This document shows, in pieces, positions 13,002 to 26,459 of a DNA stretch of 64,000 nt. Below the pieces are notes generated by a model. It was not told the DNA's origin, searched no databases, and saw only the letters and a list, made by a program, of their open reading frames with translations. Where the stretch lies: assembly GCA_964276515.1 (NCBI GenBank), contig OZ193910.1, positions 3,782,001 to 3,846,000 of the forward strand. Reading direction: 5' to 3'. How positions within the stretch are numbered: the first letter of the stretch is position 1; each line of letters opens with the position of its first letter. Made by a program: the position numbers and the translations under genes. The DNA comes from Gordius albopunctatus (lineage: Eukaryota).

Positions 13002-14792
13002 TGTAAAAAAACTAAGAAATTTGAATAAATTGGATATGCTGCATTTGGTCAAGCATGTGTTCATAACCTACAATCGAAATTTATATCAACTCGTTTTTTA
13101 AACATAATCTAGAAGTATCATAAGCTAATAGCATAGTATATAAAAATTTCAATTAATTAATTTAAGCCCACATAAACCAGAAGGTTGGGCAAAATGCATT
13201 TTCGAAAATTTTAGCCATAATTTTAATGTATTTTAACAGATTTTGGTATTTAGAGGAGGGCAACCGCCCCCTGTCCCCCCCCCCAACCACGCCCATGCAT
13301 AGTCCTATACGAGTGGCTTATTATATTCAAAATTTAAATAAAACTTTGCGTAGGGTTGTGATGGACTTGGATTGATATAAAAAATTGGGTTGGGCTTAGC
13401 TTTTGTAGTGACTCCCGATCGGTACCCAATCCCACATATTTATGATTTTACGGCTAATTTATGCGAAAAAAACGATTTTTAGTAAATTGGATTTGGTAAG
13501 GACTTATAATCAGATCCCAATGACTTACGAAGACATCTGCAAGACCGCAGTTATGACACTATTTGGTATTTATGAATTCCGTAGGATGCCATTTGGTCTT
13601 AAAAACGCAGCCCAAACGTTTCAACGATTTATCGATAAAGTTCTACGAGGTCTCGACGGCACATACGCCTACATTGATGACATTCTTATAGCCAGTTTAT
13701 CCGAAAACAAACACAAAAATCATCTTAAAGCAGTCCTACAGCGTTTTCATGATTTTAACCTTAGAATTAATCCTTTAAAATGCAAATTTGGAGTTCGAGA
13801 ACTAGAATTCTTGGACACAAAATAACCGCCGCAGGTATCACTCTTTTAGCAGAGAGGATTGAAGCCATTCGCGATTTTCCGATACCGGGTTCAAATAAAA
13901 AACTTAGGAGGTTCTTGGGGATGATCAACTTTTATCGAAGATTTTTGCCTGGAATTTCCCACATTCTGCAACCTTTGACGGATTTGTTTAAAAATTCACA
14001 GAAGACAATATTCTTAAACGAGGATCAGGTCAAAGCATATCAAAGAGCAAAAGCTGCGCAATATCCAAATAATCTTAACCAATGACGTCTCAGATTCCGC
14101 AGTGGGTGCTGTCTTGCAACAAGTAATAGCAGGAAAATCTTTTCCGCTTGCGTTCTTTTAGGCGAAATTGTAACCAACGCAACAGAGATACAGCACATTC
14201 GGACGCGAACTCCTCGCAATATACTTAGCGATCAAACATTTTAGACATATTTTAGAAGGACGCATTTTTATAATCTACACCGATCATACACCACTGATTT
14301 GTGCGTTCGACGCGAAACCTGATCGTTATTCCCCTCGAGAAACGCGACATCTGGATTTAATATCTCAATTTTCTACCGATATATAATACATTAAAGGAGA
14401 AAGCAATATGATAGCTGACACTTTATTTCGGATCGAGGTAGATTCAATCCAACTTTCAAAGATGCCGGACATTGTGGATCTCGCGTCAAATCAAAACATT
14501 ACAGAATTACAAAAGAGTCTACAAAATACTTCCTTCAATTTACAGGAAATGCCTATCCCCGGTTCTGATAAACGAGTCCTTTGCGACGTTAAGACTGGCA
14601 AGCCAAGACCAGTTGTACCCTGGAAACTTCGCCGAAAAATATTCGACCATTTTCATGGAATTTCACACCCTGGCATTCGCGCAATGAGTAAAATGATTTC
14701 GAAATTATATGTTTGGCCTTCTATAAATCAAGACATCAAGAAATAGGCCAAATGCTGTTTAAATTGCCAAAAAATAAAGTTTACAGACACAC

Positions 14793-17700
14793 TATAACGT
14801 ATCTGGTTTATTAGGTAACATAAAAGAAACAAGTGACCATAATAACACGTTTAAATAGCCATTCGATTTACAACCAATTAACAATCAATTAACATTGCGT
14901 TTCAATTCAAACGCTCTAGGTCATGCCAATTAGGTAGATAGTATTTGCATACATTACATTACTCCCCCTTTTAAAGTTGCCCTCCATCGTATCGATCAGG
15001 TGGTTTGGATACCCTTTTATGTTCTAGAATGTTTCGCTCGGACACCGCACCTTGGTCTATCGTTTTTCTTTCCCGTAACTGATCTCCGTGTTTCCTTCTT
15101 GTATTTCCGTCTATATTAACGTCATACGTAGTCGAACTTGTTCGGGCTTCTACAAGTCCTTCCCTCCATCCCGGACTTGTGTCATTATGTACCCACACCT
15201 GCTGCTCGGGTTCGAAGAATCTTTCTTGGGTCCATCTGTTTTTATAGTACTTTTGTTTCCAGATTGATTCTTCAACCTTGTCGCGAGTCGTTCTTCTGAG
15301 CTGGTCTAGCGTCGTACGAATCCTTCGATTGAACATCGCCTCAGCCGGGCTAATATCTGTAGTCACGTTTTGACTACTACGCATGCTCATTAATACTTGT
15401 AGTAAGTTTAACGAGTCATTTACCCCCGACTTTTTATTCGCATAGAACTTACTTTTAATAGTTCTAATATATCTTTCGGCCAAACCATTAGTTTTGGGGT
15501 GGTAGGGCGGTCCCGTAAATTGAACTATGCCATTGTTTTTACAAAAAATTTTAAATTCCGTAGATTTAAATTGTGGGCCATTGTCACTGACAATATATCT
15601 AGGTAACCCAAAACGTGCAAAAATTGTCCTTAAATTTTGGATAATTTTTGTTGAGTTTATCTCGCCTAGCACCATTACTTCGGGCCATTTTGTAAAAGCA
15701 TCAATGCACACTAACCAATACTTCTTATTGATGGGTCCCGCTAAGTCTATGTGGACCCGTTCCCAAGGCTTGTTAGGGACGTTCCAAGCGTATAGGGGTA
15801 CCTCTTTAATGTTTGGTCGTTCTTGGCAATGTTTACAGGTATTAACGTATTTTTCTATGTCTACGTCAATATTATTCCAGTAAACATAGTAGCTCCCTAA
15901 TGACTTCATAGGCACGATTCCCGGATGACCATCATGTAGAATTTTAAGAATATCTGGCCTTAATTTTTCCGGAATTATAAGTCGATCTTTATAAAATAAA
16001 AGATTATTTTCGAAAGAAATGTAATTTCTTAATTGCAGGTATTTTCGTACGTTATCGTTATTTGAAGAGCCTTGCCATCTATTTTTAAATTGCTCTATAA
16101 CTTCTTTTAGTACATTATCTTTTATTGTTTCCTCTACAATATTTTTTGTATTCAAAGTCAAATCATCGATTAATTGTAATTTAATTCTTCGTATATCATT
16201 ATCTATGTTTAAATTATGAGGTGAATCCTTTGGGCATAACTGAGAAAGTGCATCAGCACACTGATTAGATTTCCCTGAGATGTATTTTATATCATAATCA
16301 TATTGAAGTAATTTAATTGCCCATTTTAGTAACCTATTATTGGTTATTTTACTAAGATCCCTGGTTGTCCCAAAAATATTTATAAGAGGGTGGTGATCTG
16401 TCTGAATTGTGAATTTACGACCATAAATATACTGATGGAATTTATTTATCGCATAAATTACTGCCGATGCCCCTCTGTCGATGACGGAGTAATTTTTCTC
16501 GGCGGAATTTAGGGAACGAGAGGCGTAGGCAATAGGTTTTTCTTGGCCAGAGGAAAACTTATGCGCTATAACTGCTCCTAAACCTAAATCTGACGCGTCG
16601 ATTGAAATTATGATAGGCAATTCTTTTTGATAAGGCACGTAGTTTTAACTTTTTCAAAAGTTAATTTTTCTAAGTCGCCCCATACCCATTTTGTATTTAT
16701 GGAAGTTAATTTGTATAAAGGAGCGCAATTTATCTGAAGGTTGGGGATAAAAGTTTCTAAATAGTTTACCCACCCAAGGAAAGAACGAAGTTCCTTTTTT
16801 TTCGGGTGTTTTAAAACTTTTAATCTTTAGAATCTTATCCTCACTCGCTGTTATGCCTTCACTATTCATTATATGTCCTAAGTATTTGACAGACTTTTTA
16901 AATAGTTGCATTTTTGTTTGAGATGTTGTTAACCCAACCGTTTGCAAAATATTTAATACGGTTATTAATTTGTTTAAGTGATCCCTTTCGTTTTTACCGC
17001 TAATTATAACATCGTCCATGAAGATGCTCACCCGGGTATGTTATTAACCAATTGTCTCATAAACCTATGAAAGATAATCGGCGCTGTTGTAAGCCCAAAC
17101 GGTAATCTCTTAAAACGAAAATATCCTATATGCGTTGATATGTTTAAATATTTCCTGATTTCTCATCAACTTCAAGTTGTAAAAAGACATCTTTGAGGTC
17201 AATGATAGAAAAAGTTTTACCTCCGGCTATTCTTTCAGCCACGTCGCTGAAAGTTGGTAAAATATCCTGATCTTTAGCCAAGTGTTGATTTATGGTTAAA
17301 CGAAAATCACCACATATACGCACCTGCCCTGTTTTCTTCTTAACATTTACAGTTGGCGTAGCCCATTTAATTGGCGTTAAAGTAGGATTAATTTTTTCAA
17401 TGATGTCTTCGTTGAGTAGCCGTTGGAGTTCATCTTCTACAGCTTGTCGTAGTGGAAACGGTACTCTTCTCGCTGCAAACATTTTTGGCATCGCGTTATC
17501 ATTGATTTCGAGTGTCACTTTGAAATCTTTTACTTTTCCGAATTTTTCGGAAAATACGTGGGGAAACTGTTTAATAATTGCATGTACATTTGAAGGTATT
17601 TCTATGATAGAGTTTAGGCAAACCGACTTTGGTAGAGTTAAGTTAAATTTTGAGATAAATGGCATACCAAATATTGCTGAACCTTTACCTTTGATGACAT

Positions 17701-18933
17701 AAATATCTAAGTACTTTGTCACACCACGAACGTCCACCTTCACTTTGGTTTTACCATAGCCGTATATCTTCGGAGCTTGGTAAAGTTTAGGCTTCCCGAT
17801 TCGACACCACGTTATTTCATCAATTACGCTACATGCCGCACCCGTGTCGAAGATCATTTCATAGGGCACATCGTTAATGCGTACGTTGATGTGGGCTTTG
17901 GTGTGATGATCGGAGTCGTGGTTGATGGCTGATAACGTATTCGTCACCATTCTACAATTTTTTGCTATATGGTTTGGTTTCCCACACCGATAACATTTAA
18001 GGGGTGGCTTTTTCCTAAATGTGCTAAATTTTGGAAAATGTACATCTTTATTGTTGAAGTTATTAAACGACTACTTAACCTTATTTACTTCAACAGCCCC
18101 CGATGTTTCGTGTTCTACCGAATCTAACGCCAATGCTAGATTAACTGTTTCTTCGAAACTTATGTTACCTCTCGGATACTTAGCTATTAACTCAATGTTA
18201 AGCCTTGGTAAGTTACATCCTAGGACAAATATGTCCTTTAATACCTCGTCTAGATTATTTCCAAATTTACAGTTTTTCCAAAGAAATTTCAACCGAATAC
18301 TAAATTCAATAATAGTTTCGTTATTTCTACTTGCTTTATAAAATTGTTCTCTATGGTGATAAATAGAAAAATTATTGGCGAATATACTCCTAAGGGCTTT
18401 AATTATCTCATCGTAACTAGTTTCGTCTACTAATTTTGGATATAAAAAGTCTCTTATTTTTGTTAGATTGTTAAAACCTACGTAAGTGAGTAACAAAGTT
18501 TTTCGCCTTTCTCCCGTGATATCTCTCAACTTGAATAAGAGCTCAATATTAAATAAATAGTCATCAATCGAATTACTTGGATTATACAGAATTGAACCCT
18601 TTAATTCCTTTGAGTAATCGCAAGAAAAATTCGTCTCCGGTTTGATGGCCATCTGAAAATAATATGGATAATAAATTATTTAAGTTGAACGAGGTAGGGA
18701 GCGTCTTCTACACGAGGTTGAGTTTAAGGTCCAAGGGTTTCTAAATCCTCGTCGCCATTATAACGTATCTGGTTTATTAGGTAACATAAAACAAACAAGT
18801 GACCATTGTAATCATAATAACACGTTTAAATAGCCATTCAATTTACAACCAATTAACAATCAATTAACATTGCGTTTCAATTCGAACGCTCGAGGTCATG
18901 CCAATTAGGTAGATAGTATTTTCATACATTACA
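14793..18933 (-). mobile_element. Full-length Ty3/Gypsy element (Mag-like) inserted in the host integrase
   Basis: LTRs 18759-18933 and 14793-14958 (about 5 substitutions plus a 9-bp indel). 5-bp TSD CACAC (14788-14792 / 18934-18938). PBS TGGCGACGAGGAT (18757-18745), complementary to the tRNA-Ser(GCU) 3' end, and PPT AAAAGGGGGAG. Order is gag, CCHC, protease FDTGA, RT FMDD, RNase H, integrase, with one stop and several frameshifts. Removing it restores the host frame KVYRHTVTTPGTF. Confidence 0.95.
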
Positions 18934-19819
18934 CACACTGTAACGACACCGGGTACTTTCGTAGAACCTGATGCACGATTTTCTCATACACATGTCGATA
19001 TAGTAGGACCTCTTCCTCCATCTAATGATTTTCCATATATTTTGACTGCAGTGGATCGTTTTTCGAGATGGCCCATGGCCGTTCCACTAAAAGAAACGTC
19101 CACAGAGGAAATCGCCAGTAAACTAATAGAGAGATGGATTGCTAATTATGGAGTTCCTAGTACGATCATTACCGACAGAGCCTTCCAATTCCAGTCTAAC
19201 CTATTCAAAGAATTATATAACATTCTATGATGTGAGCACAATAACACCACAGCATACCATCCATCAGCTAATGGACTAGTCGAACGATTTCTTAGACAAC
19301 TTAAAGCTTCTTTAAAAGCCATGGGGCAGATTAAATGGGACGAAGCCCTAACATTGGTACTGCTTGGTATACATCTACAATTAAAGAAGATATAGGTCTG
19401 ACAGCAGCAGAAATGATTTATGACTCCCCGGAGAATATTTTTCACAACTTGAATCCCTGCAAACCTCGAAGATACAGATACATCAGTTCGTAGAGAAACT
19501 TAAACAAATAATGAAAAAAATCCCATACCCTATACCGAAACGGCACGGAACAACAAAAGAAAAAATTAGCCGCGATTTGTTTGAAACATCCCACGTCTTC
19601 GTGAGAAACGACGCGGTAAGAAAATTACTCTCTGCACCTTACGACGGCCCCTACAAAGTTTTGAAACGTGAGCCCAAATATTTTATCATTGAGAAGAATG
19701 GCAAGAAGGATTCGGTTTCGATAAACCGTCTAAAACCGAGCTATTTTAATACAGATGAGCCACTCCTCTGTGTCAACAACAAAACACAAAAACCATCAAC
19801 AGATGGAGCCGAAGAGGTT

Positions 19820-20895
19820 TTTCGGGCTAGTTTATTAATTAGGATAAAGTATAATTACTTTATTGTATAATATAAATTAAATCGTTGGAAGCAAAGAAAG
19901 TGAGTAATAAGAGTTTTAAACTCTTTTATATACTCGTGAATTAATTGAATAAATCAATCAAGTTTAGTGGTGTCTATAAATAAATCAATTACGCGAGGTA
20001 TAAATAAATCAATTTAACGTCGTAAAGTAGTAAGGTAATGTAAATGAGACAATTAAGTTAATTGACGCAACACCTCCGCGAGGTATAGGACGCAACACCA
20101 CAAATAGTCTCCTTCGTAGACGTGGAGCGTTACTTAAAATTGAAAAAAAAAAATTTTTTGTTGATGTAAAGTATGTGTAAAGGATGTTCGTACTACCAGC
20201 CAGTTTTGTCTCCGCCTACCGTGGTTGTTAGTGAGGTGACCAAGGTGTGAGTTGCGTGTATGTTGTTGTGATGCTACCCAATATATTAATAAGATCCATG
20301 CCGCGGGCAGAGGTATCTATATTGGAATTGCAATCGGTCATCAACTAAACCGGTAAGCGGTGGTGAGAACATTGGTAGTAGTTTGTTCGTTTTTTGTCGA
20401 ACGTAGTCTTTGCTCGTTGCAAGAGACCATGTCGTGGTATCGCTTTGCCGAACGTAGTCTTTGCTCGTTGCAAGAGGCCATGTGGCGTTATCGTTTTTGT
20501 GATGGGCCATGCGCAAAACATTGGTTGGGCGTTCGGCAGACGTTGTTGTTTAAAGGCGCATTCAGGGGGAGTTTAAAAAAAAAAAATGGGCTCCCCCGAG
20601 CGGGGTCACCAATTTCGGGCTAGTTTATTATTTAGGATAAAGTATAATTACTTTATTGTATAATATAAATTAAATCGTTGGAAGCAAAGAAAGTGAGTAA
20701 TAAGAGTTTTAAACTCTTTTATATACTCGTGAATTAATTGAATAAATCAATCAAGTTTAGTGGTGTCTATAAATAAATCAATTACGCGAGGTATAAATAA
20801 ATCAATTTAACGTCGTAAAGTAGTAAGGTAATGTAAATGAGACAATTAAGTTAATTGACGCAACACCTCCGCGAGGTATAGGACGCAACACCACA
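19820..20895 (-). mobile_element. Non-autonomous miniature LTR element (TRIM-like), 1076 bp
   Basis: Two 283-bp direct repeats (19820-20102, 20613-20895) with one mismatch seen. 4-bp TSD GGTT. PBS TGGTGACCCCG (20611-20601, tRNA-Trp type) and a short PPT GAAGGAGA. The 510-bp interior has no pol and carries a 51-bp tandem duplication. Removing it restores the host frame EEVKEPKIVTRKGR. Confidence 0.9.
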
Positions 20896-23252
20896 GGTTA
20901 AAGAACCAAAGATAGTGACACGAAAGGGTAGACATGTTCATTGGCCGAAGAAACTTCGCGAATATTTCACATAATTCACATTTTTTCCCCTTTTTAATCG
21001 ACACATATTTGTATGTATCTGGGACGGGAGTATCTGTAGTGACGTCAATTATTTTTTTAGAATTGAATCCAATGACGTCAATCAATATTACTTCTGGGAA
21101 ACATAATTCTATTTCTAAGGTCTTCCCAGAAAATAATCGATCTTCAGGGAAACTCATTGATTAGTTTAGATCTTCCAAGAATATTATCGATTTTCCAATA
21201 ATAATGATTATGTATTTTATATTAACTATATAAACTCAATTTACACACATGTTAAAAAGAGTTGTGTAATATTACTCCTGATTATAAATGTTCGGCGTTA
21301 AATAAATTAATAACAACAAGGTATTAAACTTTAAACAAATCACGTTTGTAAAACTCTGACGAGCATTAATTCACACTTTAATAATAGGTCATTCACAAAA
21401 TGAAGAAATTAAATAATTTTAATATTGCTGGGCGCTTATCTACTTCTATTTAAAATTTTAATACTTCCTTAACTCAAGGAGATGGGATTTTTCGGTTAAA
21501 ATCTGTGTTGGGAGTCGAGTTAATTTTGAGACTATTTGGGTCGAATCGAGTTTGGCTCAAAATTTTAGGATGACATTAAGACCAGATCTGACTTTGAGAA
21601 ATAATTTTTGGGTCTGGTCGAACTCAGTTAGGAAAATATGACTTTGCAAAACTTAAGTTGAAGGCAAGTGGGAATTGTTAAGAAATTTAGTTGGTCATTT
21701 TTCTGATTTTGACATTTTGAAATTTTTGCAGCCTAGTCAAGGGCTTTATAATTTCAGGCAGATATTATTTCTGTTTATGAAATTAACTGAGCAAAGTCAA
21801 TAATTGGCTATAAGTTCATTTCATTTTTCAATCAAGTTCATCCATAGATTTGTTTGTAGATTGTTTAATGGCAATTTTTGACATAATTGTTTGGTAAAAA
21901 TATTTACTTAATAGACTTATAGATAAACAAAATACTCTTAAATTCTAAAAAACACTTTTTGGAAATCCGCCCGAATGCTTCTGAATTTTATTCTTATTGC
22001 TGCATATTTAAAAAAAAAACTATCCTACATTTTCTGAATATATAAGACTCACTATTCATGTAGATCGGCCAGACGCGTAGCCAAGGGGGCAGAAAGATAT
22101 CATAATCTTTCTACCCTTTGAGTCAATTTATAATTTAACAACGTATGAAATACATTTTAATTCTGTGCACCTGATCTAAATTAACAGATTATCTAAGAAA
22201 TATGCTTATTTAAATATTAGAAAATTATTTAATTTAATAATTTTTTTACCGTTGAAATATTAAAATAAAGAAAATATTCATGCTTGCCTATAAAATGACA
22301 GAGTTTTCAAATAACTATTTATTTAAAATTCACAAAAACTCGCAGAATTGCCATATATAGGTAATTTAGCGGCTATAAAAAATTAAGATATGCACACTTA
22401 TTATTTCTTGTGTTTATAAACGTTTAAAATTTTCAAATCGACTGGTACCCATCCAATTGAATTAAAATAGACATGGCTCATGGACAAAGACAAAAAAAAT
22501 TATTTCAAGGTTCTAAAACGGAATGGTTCAAACAAAGCCCCTGCTGGCGTATTCAGAACTTTTAGCATTAGGCTTTGGTAAATACTGTATCCTCGCAGTC
22601 AAAATCATTAGGGTTTTGGGTCGCAAAATTTAAACAATCTAAATGTTAGCGCTTTTAATAGGCCCAGACATTTAATTAACGTTTACGAATGATTTAACAA
22701 CTACATATCAGCTTTCTATTGAACTCAATTAAAAATATTGGCAATTTTGTTCAAGTTAAAAGTTTAAGTTATTTATTCAAATTTCTTTTAATGAAAACCC
22801 CTTTAAAATCCTGCGTACCTCTTGTTTTAAACTCATGTATATTCATGGGCGTAGCAAGCATTGGAATTAGAGGGGTGGGCAATATTGATTTAAGGAGAGG
22901 CAAAATAAACATTTCTAAAATTTTAGCCATAATTTTAACAAATTTTTGGATTTAGAGGGGGGCAGCCGCCCCTCCTTGCCCCCTTTCTTGACTACGCCCA
23001 TATCTTTTATTAGCGAATAATATTTATAAATTCAAAATACTTCTTTACATCATCAATATTAGGCTAATATAAGGAAGAGATAATGCGCCAAGTATAACTA
23101 AAAAAATAGGAAGAATATTAAAGCTACCAAGTACGTGGATGTTCTACAAAGTTGTTCTATCAATAAAATTTAATTAATTATTACAATTTACTTAACATAA
23201 ATTAAGCTAATTATTTTCTAGAAGCTAAGTATATATATTTTAGTATCTGTGA

Positions 23253-26076
23253 ATGGAGGATCAATCTTCTCATACCCATCCCATCCAATATGGATGCGCC
23301 GAAGTTGTGAAATTATTCGTGCCAGTTCTTATTTGTATGGCCCTAGTTATTGCTAACATTAATTTTGTAAGTTCATACTTTCTCTATTAAATATCGTATT
23401 AATTTTAATTGGTTTAAGTATAAGTATGATAATATTTCCATTATCAAATCTTAAAGTCGCTCGCCTAATTAATTGTGTTATATGATGCAAAATATATGAA
23501 GCTTTATGTAATTGTTATGCTCACACAGCATAAACCATAATTATTTATTTATATTTGCCTTGAGATTAGTAGAATTTATTATTCGTGAATGCGTGCTTCT
23601 TTTTGATAATATTAACTGAGCAAAATACAAAATTATGAAATGTTGATTTATCAATATCTCATAATTATTCAATTGTTTTTGACAGATTGGTTGGTTCAGT
23701 GTCAAGGATGCTTACATAATATATACACCATTTCACGAAGATTCTGCAGAACCTGTTACTCTGCTATGGCACGCCTTAGCCAATACATTTATCTTTCTCA
23801 CCGTCATTATAGCTATGACGTTCCTCATAGTTTTTCTATACAAGTTCGGTCATATAAAAGTAGGCATGAATTTTTTGTTTAAAAGGAAAAAGGGAGGCGA
23901 AAGCGCATCCTTTTTACCGAAATATTTTGTTAAAAGTTATTAAAGTTGCTTGAATTTGTAATATTTGGCCTAACCCCCATTACATTTTTACACTTTAGCA
24001 TCATTATAAGGCATATCGTTTTCGATCATTTTTATGACCAGAAATAATTCATAGGCCTCATATAAGTGTATGTAATTTAAGGCGGCATCCAAAATTTTAC
24101 AAGTTAACATACTTTTAAACCCCGGACTTTTCAAGTAGGAACAGTCCTCATATATGTAAGGTCAAGGCTAAAGTTTGGTTTAGGTTCAAAAGGTAGTGAC
24201 TTTATGTGATCTGCATGTGTCTCATTGCAAGTTTAGGATATTTTAACCGATTTTAAAGGCTTTACAAAGACAGGCATAGCAGTATTAAAATTATTCTGGC
24301 TTTCTTTTCCGAAAACAAGCTTCGCAACCACCTAATCATAGGTGTTATTAATGATGTTTTATATTAAGGTGATAATCGGGATGCTAGTCTTGTCGACTGT
24401 TATGCTGCTTTTATTCGTGGTTTGGCTTTACCTAGCCGAACTATTCAAAGCACTCAATTGGCCTCTCGATTATGCCACGGCCTGTTTTCTGGTTTGGAAC
24501 AACGCCATAACCGGTATACTCACCATACTGTGGAAGGGTCCCCTCAAACTTCAGCAAGCTTATCTCATATTTAATTGCAGCTTGATGGCTTTGGCTTTTA
24601 TCAAATTCCTACCCGAATGGACGGCCTGGGTTCTCTTACTTATGATATCGGTCTGGGATTTAGTAGCCGTCCTTTGCCCTAAGGTAATGTCTGCAAATGG
24701 CTATAAAGTTTAAAATGACTTAGGTGACTAATTTGTGTTCGGCTATAGCCTTATGCTCAATTTGATATTTATTTTGATTTTTCCACACAAAATTTTGTCA
24801 AAATCGATGGGAATTTAGTTCGTTTTAGCTAATATAATAGTCGACCAAATTTAAAAATGCGGCTTCAATAATTTACTAAAATGATGAGTAAACAAAACTT
24901 AAACAACCTAAACATCTTTTGTCAGTTGGTCAAACTTAGTTGTAAATCCTATGGTCTCGTTATAGGAAAATCTAAGTCAAAATGTATCCATTGGTAACAC
25001 TATTACTAGGGACCTCTGAGGATGTTGGTGGAGACGGCCCATTCAAGGGGAGAAGACCTTACGAAACTACCGGCTCTCCTATACAGCTCAATAGCTCAAC
25101 CCATATACTCAACGCTCCGAAGGTCGACGCAGACTAATAAGAAATTGGTGGTCACTTATAGTGAGATTGTTGAAGAATGCCTAAAGTTGAATGAGAAAAA
25201 TAGTGTAACCCGATAGCAAAACTTATATAAATTATCCATACTTTTCTAGATATGTTTAAAAAATATTTTCTAAGGATCTTTAATGACAAAAGTTTTGGGC
25301 TAGACAATATAGGTGTAAAAATGTATCCTGTTATCACCAGAGGCGTGTTTAAAGTCCTATATTAAAACAAATTTTATACAGAGGCCTGTTAAAGGTATTT
25401 GAAACATTTAATGAACAATATTAATTTTGAGGGTCAAATATTCTACAAATTCTGCTAAATGTTTTTTTAAATCCTAAAGATTGCAAATGATGACGATGAC
25501 TTTTCAAAGCAAAGCGACGTGACTATAAACGAAACTCCCAAATACCAAGAAATGATCGATAAAAAAAGAGCGATGGATGATAAAAAAGAAAAACAAAGTG
25601 AGAAAGAAGGTAGTTACGATACTGTAGAAGATAGTTCTGCCAACACAAACGCCGATGATCTTTCTTATAAAAGTCTACCCGTTAGTGAAAAAGAAAAAAA
25701 GGAGAAAAAAGAAAGTGACAGAGAGGAGAGAAAAGGAGAGAAGGAAACATGTGTTAATGAAACGGATAACTCCTCTATGCGTGATAGTACAGACTCTCCT
25801 AATATCAAAGGGGCCAAACTGGGTTTAGGAGATTTCGTATTTTATAGCATTCTCATTGGCAAAGCTGCCAAAACAAGCGATTGGACCGTCATATTGGCCT
25901 GCGTATCGGCTATTTTAGTCGGTTTGGGCATGACTCTAGTGTTATTGATTATATTTAAAAAAGCCTTACCGGCTCTACCCATCTCCATTTGTTTAGGATT
26001 AGTCATGTACTTTGGCTTTTATTACATAACAAGTCCTTTCTTGGTCATCCTTAGTGAAGCGAATATTTTTTTATAG
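23253..26076 (+). CDS. PSEN: Presenilin (gamma-secretase catalytic subunit, GxGD aspartyl protease)
   Basis: Exons 23253-23366, 23686-23859, 24369-24683, 25010-~25204, 25480-26076. Motifs: [10 protein letters not shown] (TM1), [44 protein letters not shown] (catalytic Asp 1), [13 protein letters not shown] (catalytic Asp 2), ALPALPISI. The exon-4 donor and the true start are uncertain (there is an acceptor at 23243 just upstream). Confidence 0.95.
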
Positions 26077-26459
26077 TACACACATGAATTTATTATAAAC
26101 TAATCAATTAGTTAGTGAAAATGATACAAAACACGTATATAAAATCCGCGGACGCAATACGTATTTATAATTGATTTAAAAATTTTAATGCCTTTTAAAA
26201 TTTATTATGGTAAAATCGAATAACTAAATAAACTGCTGGTGTTCATCCTGGAACGTTAGTTTTAGTGTGGAAAATGTTAAATCTAATTCATAAGAATATT
26301 TATGTAACTTATTGGAAGGTTCATGGGCATAGCTTAGATTTAAACTGGGAGCGAGGTAGGTATAACGTTGCGTAATAATGAGGGTGGGTGCTGATATATT
26401 TGAATCAATTTCATGCTTATTTCCAAAAAATAAAAAAAAAGAATTCAAATGCCAATATT

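Larger units (their letters stand above)
13404..21375 (+). mobile_element. Decayed Ty3/Gypsy LTR retrotransposon (CsRn1-like), internally deleted at its 5' end, host to two nested LTR elements
   Basis: RT ([20 protein letters not shown]), RNase H, integrase HHCC and core (HIHVDIVGPLP, ANGLVERF), GPY motif and C-terminal TRKGRHVHWPKKL (stop 20972-20974). PPT GGGACGGGAG, then a 3' LTR from 21035 (TGTAGTGAC...) to ~21375 (...TCACA). The same TGTAGTGAC occurs at 13404, and CTTT flanks both ends (13400-13403 / 21376-21379). Confidence 0.85.

Noticed and set aside
18071..18073. In-frame TAG between gag and pol as programmed readthrough
   Set aside because: The stop lies upstream of the CCHC knuckle, inside gag, and the element has several other frameshifts. 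A nonsense mutation is more likely.
15527..18341. Plus-strand ORFs 15527-15883, 17292-17702 and 18021-18341
   Set aside because: Antisense shadows of the Gypsy gag-pol. The same applies to 58124-58615 (LINE) and to 27639-28052 and 62969-63301 (CRE-like).
18939..18945. Target-site sequence TGTAACG resembling the inserted LTR end TATAACG
   Set aside because: A 6/7 match at one site is not evidence of sequence-specific targeting.
20286..20623. Short ORFs inside the TRIM-like element
   Set aside because: No gag/pol motifs, and the repeated peptide simply reflects a 51-bp tandem duplication. A small peptide cannot be fully excluded.
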